Below are positions 9,034-18,607 of a DNA stretch of 64,000 nucleotides, piece after piece. Position 1 is the stretch's first letter. Every line of letters begins with the position of its first letter. Source of the stretch: a virus. The position numbers and the translations under genes are program-made. Below the pieces are notes generated by a model, which saw only the letters and a list, made by a program, of their open reading frames with translations, did no database searches and had not been told where the DNA came from. The DNA lies in IMG/VR virus record IMGVR_UViG_3300038393_001317; one strand, written 5' to 3'.

Positions 9034-9888
9034 TTAATGGGTGGGGATTTCTTCCGCGGAGAACGTGATTTGCACGTCCGCGATCGGGGCGACTTGGTTG
9101 GTGACGACGACGGGCGCCTTGCACGTGAACGTGCACATGGTCTGGTAGACGTTGGCCGCGTACTCGCCGTTGATGGCGTCCACATCGGTGAACGCGAACG
9201 CAATCTCGTTCATGCCGGCGGCCGCGAACACGCCCATGTTCACCATGAGCAGGCGGCGCAGCGCCTGGCGCATCGCGATTCGCTCGTCCGGGTTCAGGCA
9301 CCAGCCGACAATCTCGAGCTGCACGTCGGCCTCGCGGCCCTCGTGCTCGAGCCAGTCGCCGCCTGGCAGCTTGAAGTCGGGGACGATGAGCTCGCCGACG
9401 GCCGTAGCTTCGGCGCGGTCGTTCGCCAGGTGCACGGTGACGACCGGCAGGTCGACGGCGCCCTGGGCCGGTGGGGCCGAGTAGACGGCGATCGCATCGC
9501 GGCCGCCCTCGAGCGTGAAGGTGCCGCGCGCGCATTCGACCTTGAGGCCGTCCTCGAGGCGGTTGCGCACCACGCGCAGCACGTCGGTGCTGTGATCGTT
9601 GTACGTCGCCTGGGGGGTGCCGGAGAGCGCCGGCGCGGTCACCCAGGTACCGTCGGCCAGCTCGTAGAACGGCTTGTAGTAGATCGGCGTCTCGTTGACC
9701 AGGCCGGGCTCGGCGTCCGTGATGACGTGGTCGTGCCCCTCGAAGGCGAGCAGGGCGTCGGCGTCGTCCTGGTCGGTGAAGGTGTTGGTTTCCTTGCGGA
9801 GGAGGCGCCACTGCACCGCGCCGGCCGGAGGCACGAGCGTGATTTGCAGCGCATTGCCCGCGTACAGCGGACGGACCGAGGAAATCAT
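9034..9888 (-). CDS. virion structural protein (neck/tail-completion region), function unknown
   Basis: 284 aa with GAGGA SD. Box at 9898-9913 upstream. Confidence 0.7.
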   Translation of the reverse strand: MISSVRPLYAGNALQITLVPPAGAVQWRLLRKETNTFTDQDDADALLAFEGHDHVITDAEPGLVNETPIYYKPFYELADGTWVTAPALSGTPQATYNDHSTDVLRVVRNRLEDGLKVECARGTFTLEGGRDAIAVYSAPPAQGAVDLPVVTVHLANDRAEATAVGELIVPDFKLPGGDWLEHEGREADVQLEIVGWCLNPDERIAMRQALRRLLMVNMGVFAAAGMNEIAFAFTDVDAINGEYAANVYQTMCTFTCKAPVVVTNQVAPIADVQITFSAEEIPTH

Positions 9889-9897
9889 GGTCCTCGG

Positions 9898-9913
9898 ATG
9901 ATGTTGTCACGAC
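9898..9913 (-). promoter_or_regulatory. GTCGTGAC-AA-CATCAT box, 9 nt before ATG 9888
   Basis: - strand GTCGTGACAACATCATCCGAGGACCATG. Confidence 0.5.
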
Positions 9914-9920
9914 CCCAGCC

Positions 9921-9936
9921 GACGTGACGCCATACT
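9921..9936 (+). promoter_or_regulatory. GACGTGAC-GC-CATACT box on + strand, 6 nt before GTG 9943
   Basis: + strand GACGTGACGCCATACTGCTTACGTG; divergent partner of the 9898-9913 box. Confidence 0.5.
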
Positions 9937-9942
9937 GCTTAC

Positions 9943-10731
9943 GTGGCTGAATTTCGGATTCGAGTCGAGCTCGCCGGCGTCATGGCGAACGCCGGGAACA
10001 TCATCAATGCCCAGGTCCTGCCCCGGCTGAATCAGGCCGTGCGCGCCGTGGTCGGTCAGACGCAGGCCGATTGGATTGAGGCCGTGCAGCGGGCCCGCGG
10101 CGTCTGGAGCGGCGAAAAGGACCGCTACGCCGCCTCCATCCAGGCGCAGATGACCGGCGACTTTTCCGGCCTGGTGTGGACCGACTACAAGTACGCCGAG
10201 GAAATTGAGAACGGCCGGCCGTCGAAGGACCTCAAGTCCATGCTGGACTCGAGCCTCAAGGTCCGCACGACCAAGACCGGCAAGCGCTACCTGATCATCC
10301 CGTTCCGGCACAACACGCCCGGCAACGAGGCGCACGCGCCGGCCATGCCGGCCTCCATCTTCGCCGCGGCTCGAGGGATGACCGCCTCGCGCGTGACCGG
10401 CATGGGAACCAGGCTGTCAGGCACCGGCGCCATGGACCCCAAGACCCGCCAGGCGGCGACGGTGCCGCAGCGGCGCTACTCCTGGGGCGATCGCCTGGTG
10501 GGCGCGACCTTGCTGGGCGGCAACAAGAACCACGAGGGCATGTACCGCTTCACGACGACGACGCCAGGCGGCAAGCGCAGCTCGTCGTACCTCACGTTCC
10601 GCGTGATGATGCAGGGCTCGGCCGGCTGGGTGATCGGGCCCCGTCCCGGCCTCAACATCGCCCGCGGCGTCGTCGCGCAGATGCAGCCGAAGGCGGAGGC
10701 GGCGTTCGGTGCCGCCGTCGGCGCCGCTTAG
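9943..10731 (+). CDS. hypothetical virion-module protein (262 aa), lone + strand gene inside - strand late operon
   Basis: GTG start. Normal composition (..WTDYKYAEEIENGRPSKDLKSMLDSSLKVRTTKTGKRYLIIPFRHNTPG..). The opposing - strand ORFs (9907..10335, 10417..11289) are Arg/Gly-rich shadows. Confidence 0.75.
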   Translation: MAEFRIRVELAGVMANAGNIINAQVLPRLNQAVRAVVGQTQADWIEAVQRARGVWSGEKDRYAASIQAQMTGDFSGLVWTDYKYAEEIENGRPSKDLKSMLDSSLKVRTTKTGKRYLIIPFRHNTPGNEAHAPAMPASIFAAARGMTASRVTGMGTRLSGTGAMDPKTRQAATVPQRRYSWGDRLVGATLLGGNKNHEGMYRFTTTTPGGKRSSSYLTFRVMMQGSAGWVIGPRPGLNIARGVVAQMQPKAEAAFGAAVGAA

Positions 10732-11375
10732 GCGTTCGAGCCGCGTCCCAGCAGGTCGAACTTGCGCAGAACCATGCGCCGCGGCAGGCGCATGCCGGCG
10801 TGCTTGTTGCGGTCGTTGGAGAACGGCCCGAAGCAGTAGTACTCCTGGTACTTGACGCCCTCGATGGTGTAAGCCTTGCCGCCAGGCGGGGCGCCATCCG
10901 CCCAGGTGAGGCGGCCATTCACGTCGACGGTGGGCAGGCCGCCCTCGACAATGTTCTCGTTGTTGTCGAACCAGAACACCCGGGTGAACTCCTTGACCGC
11001 GCCGTGCATGCGCTCGCTGGGCGCGCCGCGAATCATCGCCAGGGTGAAGTTGTCGGTGCTGGTCTCGCACAGCACGCGATCGAACATGCCAATCTCGTAC
11101 AGGGGCGAGTCCTCGGGGATAGACAGGACCATGTCGCCCTGCTCCCAGCGGCCGAATTTGGCCCATTGCTGTTGCACGTTGGAGCTCGCCACGCCGGCCA
11201 GGGCGCGCGTGCCAGGCCCCCACAGGTAGCCCTTGCCGAAGCACTTCGGGCAATTCGCCTTCGGCGACAGCGACGCCGGGTTGAGGCATGGGCAGGCCGA
11301 CGCGCGGCGCCAGTTGAAGTACTCGCCCAGGTTGCCCAGCAGCTCGTTGAACGCGCCCGGGTTGAACTGCATCAC
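10728..11375 (-). CDS. structural-module protein with CxC...CxxCxGxG zinc-finger-like motif
   Basis: 215 aa containing ACPCLNPASLSPKANCPKCFGKGY. Overlaps the upstream gene end. Confidence 0.7.
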   Translation of the reverse strand: MMQFNPGAFNELLGNLGEYFNWRRASACPCLNPASLSPKANCPKCFGKGYLWGPGTRALAGVASSNVQQQWAKFGRWEQGDMVLSIPEDSPLYEIGMFDRVLCETSTDNFTLAMIRGAPSERMHGAVKEFTRVFWFDNNENIVEGGLPTVDVNGRLTWADGAPPGGKAYTIEGVKYQEYYCFGPFSNDRNKHAGMRLPRRMVLRKFDLLGRGSNA

Positions 11376-12478
11376 AGCACTCCCATGCGGATGCCGTGGA
11401 TGGCGGACATGAGACCGCCGTTCGAGCCCTTCGGCCCGTTGATGATCGCGTTCACGTCATCGTGGTACTTGCTCATGTCGTTGCTGAAACTCTGCGACAT
11501 GCCGTCGGCGCTGATCGAGCCGGACGCCGGCATGAAGCGATCGCCGATGATCTTGAGGGCGGCCTTCTTGAGCACCAGGTCGACCAGCTCAGGGTAGTCC
11601 TGGTTCGCATTCGCCAGGCCGGCGATGTAACGCACCTCGAGCGCCTGCGGCAGGCGCCGGCTCGAGAAAAGCTGCATGATCGAGGCTGACAGCGACGACA
11701 TGCTCAGCGCGTTCGTCGGCACGATGCGAATGTGGCCGTACTTCCGGTCGACGCGCAGCCAGTCCAGCGGAAAGTCATAGGTCACCGTGCCCGGCGCCGG
11801 ATAGATCATCTTCGCCGACGTGATGCTGATGATGGGTTTCTGGCGCGTCGAGAAAAAGCCCCAGGTGTCGCCCAGGAAGTCCTCGGGCCCGAAGTCATAG
11901 CCCGGGTCGATCGCCCACGGCATGCCTGGCGTGAGCGCGGCGAGCTCGTCGCTCGTCGGGTCGTGCGGGAACATCGCCGTCGGCTGGAAGAACACGCGCA
12001 GCTCGCGCTGGGCCTCCGCCTCGGCTGCGCGAATCTTGTCCCAGATGTAGTCGTCGCTGACGGCCACCTTGGGCATGATGCCGGCGGCCGCCATGAGCAG
12101 GCGATCGCCGCGCATGCGCTGCACCGCGGTGAACCGGTTCGGGAACAGCGCGGTGCCGAGCTGGACGGCATCCTCGGCGTCCTGCTTGATGAACAGGCGC
12201 AGCACAATCTCGTCCTGCAGCCCGCCGACCGTCAGCCAGGTGCCGCGCACGACGTACCACTGGCCCTCGACGCCTCCCGACAGCTCGATCGAGCTCGTGC
12301 GCTCGTCGTGCGACGCCGAGACCTGGGTCAGGCCGGCCGGCACGGTCCAGGCGACGCCGGCGAGCTCGTCGTCGGCGGGAAACAGGTCGCCCAGGTCAAA
12401 GTTGTAGACCTTGACCGCGTCCTTGTCCTTCTCCGCCGTCGGCGTCTCGAGTGCTACGTTCACCTCGGTCGTGCTCAT
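11372..12478 (-). CDS. head-tail connector/adaptor candidate
   Basis: 368 aa. Lies after the giant repeat gene (ATGA-type overlap 12475/12478) and before neck/tail genes. Function by position. Confidence 0.6.
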   Translation of the reverse strand: MSTTEVNVALETPTAEKDKDAVKVYNFDLGDLFPADDELAGVAWTVPAGLTQVSASHDERTSSIELSGGVEGQWYVVRGTWLTVGGLQDEIVLRLFIKQDAEDAVQLGTALFPNRFTAVQRMRGDRLLMAAAGIMPKVAVSDDYIWDKIRAAEAEAQRELRVFFQPTAMFPHDPTSDELAALTPGMPWAIDPGYDFGPEDFLGDTWGFFSTRQKPIISITSAKMIYPAPGTVTYDFPLDWLRVDRKYGHIRIVPTNALSMSSLSASIMQLFSSRRLPQALEVRYIAGLANANQDYPELVDLVLKKAALKIIGDRFMPASGSISADGMSQSFSNDMSKYHDDVNAIINGPKGSNGGLMSAIHGIRMGVL

Positions 12479-15400
12479 TTGCTGCCGTCCTTTTCCAGCT
12501 TGAAGATCGTAGTGTCACGCTTCAAGGAGAACGAGTCGCCCGCGGCGTCGGGCGCCTTGGGTTGCGCGCGCACCTTGAACGTGTCGCCCTCGGTGAGCTT
12601 GAAGCCCTGGCCGCGGGCCGGACCCAGGAACACCTTGGAGCCCTTGACCCCCACTGCGCCGGCGCGCGGCGTGATGGGCGTATCGCGGCCAGCCGTCGGC
12701 GCGCTCGAGCTCGAGGCGATCGACCCGGAGCCCGGCGTGACGACGGCGGAGGTCTCCGCGGCGCCCTGGCGACCCGTGACCGAAACCTGGGAGACCGCCG
12801 GCGTGATGTAGCGGTCGAACGCCGTGCGCGGCGCCGTCGACGCGAGCGCGAGGGCCGCGGCGCCAGGAGTACGCTCGTACCCCGGCGTCGGCACGTAGCC
12901 GGTCGCCACGAGCTGGGCGCGCGCCGGCGTGATGACCAGGCCCTCGAAGTCGCCGCCGGCGATCGACTGCAAGACCGCGGCGCCAGTGCCCGGCGTGAGC
13001 TCGTACGCGCTGGGCGCCACGCCCTGGCGGCCCGTTGCAGCGACAGCGCCGACGGCGGGCGTCACCACGGCGCCGCGCTGGGCGGTCACCTGGGCACCGA
13101 CGGACGCCACGGTACCGGCGCCAGGCGCCCGGGCGTTGTCGGTCAGGCGCTGGCTCGCGTAGCCGGTCGCCGACGCGGTGCCGGTAGCGGGGAACACGAC
13201 GGCTCCGCGCACGATGACCGGCGCCTTGCCCTGCGCTGACACGCCGGCGGTGTTTGGGACCGTCGAGCGCACTACCAGCGGCGCAGCGCCGGCGATCGAC
13301 AGCGACGCGGCGCCGGGCGCGCGCGGGGCGTCGCCGGCGTCGGCCACCTGGCCGCCGGTCGTCGCAACCAGGCCGCTCGAGGGAACGCGCACGATGCCGA
13401 CGGTGATCGCCGGCACCTGGCCGAGGGCCACGGCAACGCCGGAGCCTGGAATCGAGCTCTGCGTCGCATCCGGAGCCGCGGGAGCGATCGCCACGGCGCC
13501 GGCGACGGGCGCCCGGGCGTGATCGGTGACGCGCACCGGCGCCACGCCGGCGATCGACACCTGAGCCGCGGCGGGAACCACGGTGCGGCCGCGGACCATG
13601 ACGGGCGCCTTGCCCGTGATGACCATGGCCGGCTTGGTGCCCGGCGTGATCGAATCGAAGTGCACGATGCTGGAGCTCGCGCCGGCGGCCTGCATGGACG
13701 CGGACCCGGGCGTCACGGCCTGGCCGTACGACAGCGTCGGGTCGCCGCCAAGCACGCGCAGCGGCGGCGCATCGGGCGCCGACACGCGGCCGGCAACAAC
13801 GACGGCGACTTGGCCGGCGATCGCCGCGGCTCCGGAGCGCGTCACGTTCGACTCGCCGAACTCGAGGACGGCGAGCTGGCCGTCCACCAGGGGGTCACCG
13901 GTGGGGGGCTCGATCACGCGACCATCAACCAGAACAGGAGCTGCGCCGATTGCCGCCAGGTCGCCGGCGTTGTCGCTGATGCCGGTATCGAACAGCGGCA
14001 CGCGTCCGGTCACCAGCGCGGCGCCGGCGCTGGGCGTCAGCGGCACGCCGATCGACGGCGTCGCCTGCACGCCGGCGAACGCGACGGCGCCGGCGCCAGC
14101 CACGATCGTGTCCTCGCGGAACAGCGTCGGCTCCTGGCCGTCGAGGTCAATGCGCCCAGCCGCCGGCGGGTCACCGGTTTGCTGCAGGAGGACCACCTGG
14201 CCGGTGGTCGTCGTCGTGCCGCGGCTGGGCGTGATGAAGCGCTGCACACCAACCGTCGGGCCCTGGCCGATCGAGCTCAGCGTGTCGCCGTCTGGCGTCA
14301 CGAAGGATTGACGCGTCACGGCCGCTGCCTGGCCGGCGATCGCCGCGGCGCCGGTCGACGGCGTGCGGATGGTGTTTCGAATCAGCGTCGGCGCATTGCC
14401 GGACAGCGTCGCGGCGCCGGCGCTCGTGGTCTGCACTGCGCCGCGCGACGCCGTCGCAGCCTGGCCCGTTGCGGCGAGGCCGCCAGCGCTGGGCGTCAGG
14501 ATGAAGTTGCGCGCAACCGTGGCCGCCTGGCCGGCGACAGACGCAGAGCCCGCCGACGGTTGGCGCGGCCAATCAACGACGCGCGTCGCCTGCTGACCGC
14601 TAGCCGCAACAGCGCCCACGGACGGCGTGATGTTGCGCGCGACCGTGACGGACGGCGCAGCGCCGGTCAGCGTCAGCGTGCCGTCGCGCGGACCGTCCAT
14701 GTTGGGGAAGGCGACGACGATGCTTTGCTGGAATGGCGCGCTGAGAATGGACGACTGGTTCAGGCCGTAGTACCAGGTCCAGGTGTCCGTCGTGCCGCTC
14801 GGGTTGTTGCCGGCCTGGTAGGCGACCTTGACGTAGATGTACTCGCCCTGGGCCAGCGTGAAGGCCGGCGCATCCCAGGTGATCGGCACGTTCACGGTCA
14901 GGTCGTTGCCGACCCAACCCGTGGCGCCGAACTGAGCGCTCACCAGGACCGCGGTCGTGAGCTCGGTGACGACCTCGTTCACGTCCGGCGCCGCGACGTG
15001 TTGCCCCTTGAACACGCGAACGCGCAGCGTGCCCTTCGGCTTGGTGGCGCCGTCGCCGGAGCCTTGTAGCTTGAAGTTGAATACCCAGGTGCCGGCCGAG
15101 AAGTTGCCGAACTCCCCGTTGCTCATGAAGGCGCCGCCCTGGTTCTCCTTCAAGTTTGCGTCCGGCTTAGCGCCGGTCGTGGCGGTGGTCGACAGCGTTC
15201 CGTTGACGAACGCCATGTAGTCGCCGGACGCGGCGTTCGCAAGGTCCCAGCCGGTGCCCGACAGATAGCCCGGGAACGTGTACCAGTCCGCCGTCAGCTT
15301 CGCGTAGGTCTGGCCGGAGAACGACACGCCGTCGTCCATGTACCAGGTGAACAGGCCGGTCTCGACGTAGTCGGGCGTCTGGCCGGCGGTCGCGATCGCG

Positions 15401-18354
15401 CCCGCAGTCGGCGTGCGCGAGTACGAGATGCCAGGGCCGGCCTGGTTGCCGGCGACGACCACAGCTCCAGAGGTCGGCGTGAGGATGGTCTGACGCGTGA
15501 CGGACGCCGCCTGACCGGTGACGGCCGCGGCACCGACGGTCGGCGCGCGGATGATTTGCTGCGTCGAAGAAGCCGCGACGCCGGCGACGGTCACCGACCC
15601 CGCGGGCGGCGCGATCGTGTCGGAGCGAACGATGGTCGGAGCGGCGCCGGCGATCGACGCGGAACCAGCCGACGGCTGACGCGGCCAATCCACGACGCGC
15701 GCAGCCAGGCCGCCGGAGACCGCCGCGGCGCCTGCGCCTGGCGTGATGGTGACCGAGCTCGTGCCGGCGACGCCAGTCACGGCGGCCGCGCCAACGGCCG
15801 GCGTGATCAGGCTACCAGTGAGAACCGTCGGCGCCAAGCCGACAATCGACGCGGAGCCCGCTACCGGATTCTCGATGTTGTTGTTGACCAGGGCCGGCGC
15901 GTTGCCGCTCAGCGTTACAGCGCCGACACCAGGCGTCGTCTCGCGCACGATCGCCGCGGTTGGAGAGGCGCCGGTGATAGCAGCCTGGCCGCGCGTCGGC
16001 GTGATGATGGACAGGGCCTGGAAGTCCGGCGTTTGAATCGAGGTGCCAGGGCCGGACTCGAGGACCGCCGACCCGCTGCCCGACCCGGAATTGGTCACCC
16101 GAAGGAAAATCTCGACGTACAGGTACGGAACGCCGTTGCTGATCGTGACAGCGACACCCGGCGTCACGCTCACCGAGCAGGTCTGGATACCGTTGTTGCC
16201 GACGAACGTGTTCGACCAGGAGATGGTCCCGTCACCGATCGGCGATAGCCCAGTGCCATTGAAAACGGCACTCTGGGACATGCGCACGCCCATCTGCATG
16301 GTCTCGGCAGAACCCGAGGTGTTCGCGCAGTTGAGAGCGAAGTTGAAAATCCAGGTCCCGTTGGCGAACACGCCGCTCGTGAGCTGGTTGAAAAAATACT
16401 GTGAGGTGTCGGCGCTGAGGTCGTCTGCAAACGCCGGCTCAGCCGAGCCGATGCTGGTCGTGCGCGTCGCGTTGGCCGACACGCGCATGATGTTGTTGTT
16501 AGCGGGCACATCGGTCTGGAATCCAGTCGACGTGTCTCCGCTACCAGGGTTGCCCGTGTTGAGCAGGCCCGAGTACATATAAAGCGTAACCGGCCCGCCG
16601 GTACGCGTCACAGTGACAGCCTCGCCGGTGACGGCCATCGCCGCCGCGGCCGTCGGCGTGCGAACGAACGTGATGCCGCCGCCGCTGGCGGCCCCGGTGA
16701 CGGACACAGCGCCGGCGGACGGCGTCAGCAGGCGCCCGGGAATCGGGGCGGCGCCAGCAGCGCTCATCGAGGCCGCCGCCGGCGTGATCGTGAAACCGGA
16801 GGTGCCAGCGACACCAGAAACGGCCACCGACGCGGCGCTTGGCGTCATCGTGACGCTCTGCGTGAACGCCGGCGTGTCTACGCGAGCACCATCTGGTCCG
16901 ACAATGAACACCGACGTGCCGGCGCCGCTGCCGCCGTTGGTGACGTTGCACCACACCTGCACGAACAGGTAGCCGCCGCTCGAGAAGTCCAGGGCTGGCG
17001 CGCTCCAGGTCGCGATCGCCGTCGCCTGCTGGTTGTTCGGCGGCGCGATGGACGACGACACGATGACGCCGCCGGAGACTTCGGTCAGGCCGGCGCCGGT
17101 GTTGACCGAGCTGCGGTAGACGCGAAGCCTGAAATTGAACGTGTCAGCGCCGCCTGAGCCGGAGGCGGAAACCGGGAATCGGAACACCCAGTCGCCGGCC
17201 GAGAAAGAGCCAATGAGCTGCGGCGAGATGAGGCGGTCGTTGGGGTCCGCCGCGCCTTGCGAGAGGAACGACTCGTCAATCGGCCCAGCGGTGCCGTTCC
17301 ACGTCACAGTGGACGAGCCGGCCACCATGCGCGCATAGGAGCCGGCGCCGGGAGTACCGGTATCGAATCCAGTCGCCGCGTTGCCCGCCGCCAGCGGCGA
17401 GGTCGAGAGCAAGCAGAACGTGGAGCTCGACGTGCCGGCGTCGAAGTCCATGAACCACTCGAGGCCCTTGTAATCCTCGACCGGCGCCGCCGCGGAGCTC
17501 GTGACAGCGCCGACGCTGGGCGTGATCGTAGTGTTTCGAGACGCCGTAGCTGCGCCGCCGGTGACGGCGACGGCGCCAGCGGACGGCGCGATCGTTTGCC
17601 CGATTACGCTGGCCGGCGCCACGCCGGCGGCGGTGACGGCTCCGACCGTCGGCGTGATGGTCGCCGAAAGCGGCGCCACGGTCACCGTCGGCGCCACACC
17701 GGAAAGAGTTACCGACCCGGCCGAGGGAACCTGGTGGGCGACGAAGTCCGGCGTCGTGAGCGCCGAGCCGGAGCCGTTGCGCAGGTTGATGGTCTGCGAC
17801 GCGTTGGACGCCGCGCTGACAATCTTGAGCGCCAGCGAGAAGAACAGGTACTCGCCGGCGAGCGTGATCGTGGCGCCAGGCGACCAGGTGATCGAACCCG
17901 TGAACGTCGCCGCGTTCACCGTGATGGTCGCAGACTCCTGAGTGGCGGCCGTGAGCTCGGTCAGGCCGGTTTGGCCCGTCGCATCGGTCGACTTGAATAC
18001 CCGCAGGCGCAGCGTGAAGGACCCGCTGTTGTTGTTCGATCGCGCCAGCGCGAAATTGAACGTCCAGGAGGTTGCGGCGAACACGCCGTACAGCGGCGAC
18101 GGCGTGCGGAAGGAGTCGCCCGTCGTGTTGTTGATCGACGCGTCCGGCATGGCCGTCGTGCCGGCAACGATGGTTGCGTTCGCGACGTTTGCGCCCGCGT
18201 CCATCTCCGCGTATTTGGTGGGCGCGGTCGTGCTGACAATCCAGCCCGTGGCGTTCGTGGCCGTCGTCGGCGCGGTGCCGCCGTCCTGCATCGAGCCCAG
18301 GTTGGAGCCGGATGCCGCGGTGTCCGGCAGGAGGTAGAGGGTCTTGACCGCCAT
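12475..18354 (-). CDS. giant modular repeat protein (1959 aa), candidate capsid/neck fibre
   Basis: Four ~190-210-aa modules share W(T/V/I)FNF...RLRV(F/Y)(K/R). They alternate with arrays of ~20-aa xITPxxGAxxxxGxAPxxxR repeats. Ala/Thr/Gly/Ser/Val-rich. Confidence 0.9.
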   Translation of the reverse strand: MAVKTLYLLPDTAASGSNLGSMQDGGTAPTTATNATGWIVSTTAPTKYAEMDAGANVANATIVAGTTAMPDASINNTTGDSFRTPSPLYGVFAATSWTFNFALARSNNNSGSFTLRLRVFKSTDATGQTGLTELTAATQESATITVNAATFTGSITWSPGATITLAGEYLFFSLALKIVSAASNASQTINLRNGSGSALTTPDFVAHQVPSAGSVTLSGVAPTVTVAPLSATITPTVGAVTAAGVAPASVIGQTIAPSAGAVAVTGGAATASRNTTITPSVGAVTSSAAAPVEDYKGLEWFMDFDAGTSSSTFCLLSTSPLAAGNAATGFDTGTPGAGSYARMVAGSSTVTWNGTAGPIDESFLSQGAADPNDRLISPQLIGSFSAGDWVFRFPVSASGSGGADTFNFRLRVYRSSVNTGAGLTEVSGGVIVSSSIAPPNNQQATAIATWSAPALDFSSGGYLFVQVWCNVTNGGSGAGTSVFIVGPDGARVDTPAFTQSVTMTPSAASVAVSGVAGTSGFTITPAAASMSAAGAAPIPGRLLTPSAGAVSVTGAASGGGITFVRTPTAAAAMAVTGEAVTVTRTGGPVTLYMYSGLLNTGNPGSGDTSTGFQTDVPANNNIMRVSANATRTTSIGSAEPAFADDLSADTSQYFFNQLTSGVFANGTWIFNFALNCANTSGSAETMQMGVRMSQSAVFNGTGLSPIGDGTISWSNTFVGNNGIQTCSVSVTPGVAVTISNGVPYLYVEIFLRVTNSGSGSGSAVLESGPGTSIQTPDFQALSIITPTRGQAAITGASPTAAIVRETTPGVGAVTLSGNAPALVNNNIENPVAGSASIVGLAPTVLTGSLITPAVGAAAVTGVAGTSSVTITPGAGAAAVSGGLAARVVDWPRQPSAGSASIAGAAPTIVRSDTIAPPAGSVTVAGVAASSTQQIIRAPTVGAAAVTGQAASVTRQTILTPTSGAVVVAGNQAGPGISYSRTPTAGAIATAGQTPDYVETGLFTWYMDDGVSFSGQTYAKLTADWYTFPGYLSGTGWDLANAASGDYMAFVNGTLSTTATTGAKPDANLKENQGGAFMSNGEFGNFSAGTWVFNFKLQGSGDGATKPKGTLRVRVFKGQHVAAPDVNEVVTELTTAVLVSAQFGATGWVGNDLTVNVPITWDAPAFTLAQGEYIYVKVAYQAGNNPSGTTDTWTWYYGLNQSSILSAPFQQSIVVAFPNMDGPRDGTLTLTGAAPSVTVARNITPSVGAVAASGQQATRVVDWPRQPSAGSASVAGQAATVARNFILTPSAGGLAATGQAATASRGAVQTTSAGAATLSGNAPTLIRNTIRTPSTGAAAIAGQAAAVTRQSFVTPDGDTLSSIGQGPTVGVQRFITPSRGTTTTTGQVVLLQQTGDPPAAGRIDLDGQEPTLFREDTIVAGAGAVAFAGVQATPSIGVPLTPSAGAALVTGRVPLFDTGISDNAGDLAAIGAAPVLVDGRVIEPPTGDPLVDGQLAVLEFGESNVTRSGAAAIAGQVAVVVAGRVSAPDAPPLRVLGGDPTLSYGQAVTPGSASMQAAGASSSIVHFDSITPGTKPAMVITGKAPVMVRGRTVVPAAAQVSIAGVAPVRVTDHARAPVAGAVAIAPAAPDATQSSIPGSGVAVALGQVPAITVGIVRVPSSGLVATTGGQVADAGDAPRAPGAASLSIAGAAPLVVRSTVPNTAGVSAQGKAPVIVRGAVVFPATGTASATGYASQRLTDNARAPGAGTVASVGAQVTAQRGAVVTPAVGAVAATGRQGVAPSAYELTPGTGAAVLQSIAGGDFEGLVITPARAQLVATGYVPTPGYERTPGAAALALASTAPRTAFDRYITPAVSQVSVTGRQGAAETSAVVTPGSGSIASSSSAPTAGRDTPITPRAGAVGVKGSKVFLGPARGQGFKLTEGDTFKVRAQPKAPDAAGDSFSLKRDTTIFKLEKDGSK
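12478..14721 (-). repeat. repeat array R4 (about 748 codons of ~20-aa TPxxGA units)
   Basis: residues 1212-1959 of the giant protein, counted by hand. Confidence 0.7.
15355..16011 (-). repeat. repeat array R3
   Basis: Residues 782-1000. Contains VVDWPRQPSAGSASIAG, which recurs in R4 as VVDWPRQPSAGSASVAG. Confidence 0.7.
16591..16854 (-). repeat. repeat array R2
   Basis: residues 501-588. Confidence 0.6.
17464..17730 (-). repeat. repeat array R1
   Basis: residues 209-297. Confidence 0.6.
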
Positions 18355-18600
18355 TTACGCCGCGCCCAAAGAAAAAGCCGGGCGGCCGCTCACGCGCACC
18401 GCCTCGGCTTCGAGGAGAAGAAGGAGAACCGACGGGGGGCCCGTGGAGCTGCGGGTGTCCTGGCCGCGGCGCCCGATGCGTACCGGAGCGTTCACGATTG
18501 CGACGCGATCGACGCGCGCGGCAGGAGCCGGCAGGACGAGCAAAAGCGTCGCCTCCGTAGAGGCGACGCTCAGCGTCCCCGTGCCTGGCGTGATGACCAT
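18355..18600 (-). CDS. questionable 81-codon ORF, in frame with and separated by a single TAA from the giant gene
   Basis: Begins MVITPGTGTLSVAS (resembles the giant protein's repeat unit) and ends ..GAA TAA ATG. It contains a strong terminator hairpin, so it may be noncoding leader. Confidence 0.3.
   Translation of the reverse strand: MVITPGTGTLSVASTEATLLLVLPAPAARVDRVAIVNAPVRIGRRGQDTRSSTGPPSVLLLLLEAEAVRVSGRPAFSLGAA
18538..18570 (-). terminator. intrinsic terminator between 155-aa gene and giant gene
   Basis: - strand AGCGTCGCCTC-TACG-GAGGCGACGCT followed by TTTG (11-bp stem). Confidence 0.6.
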
Positions 18601-18607
18601 GACGGCG

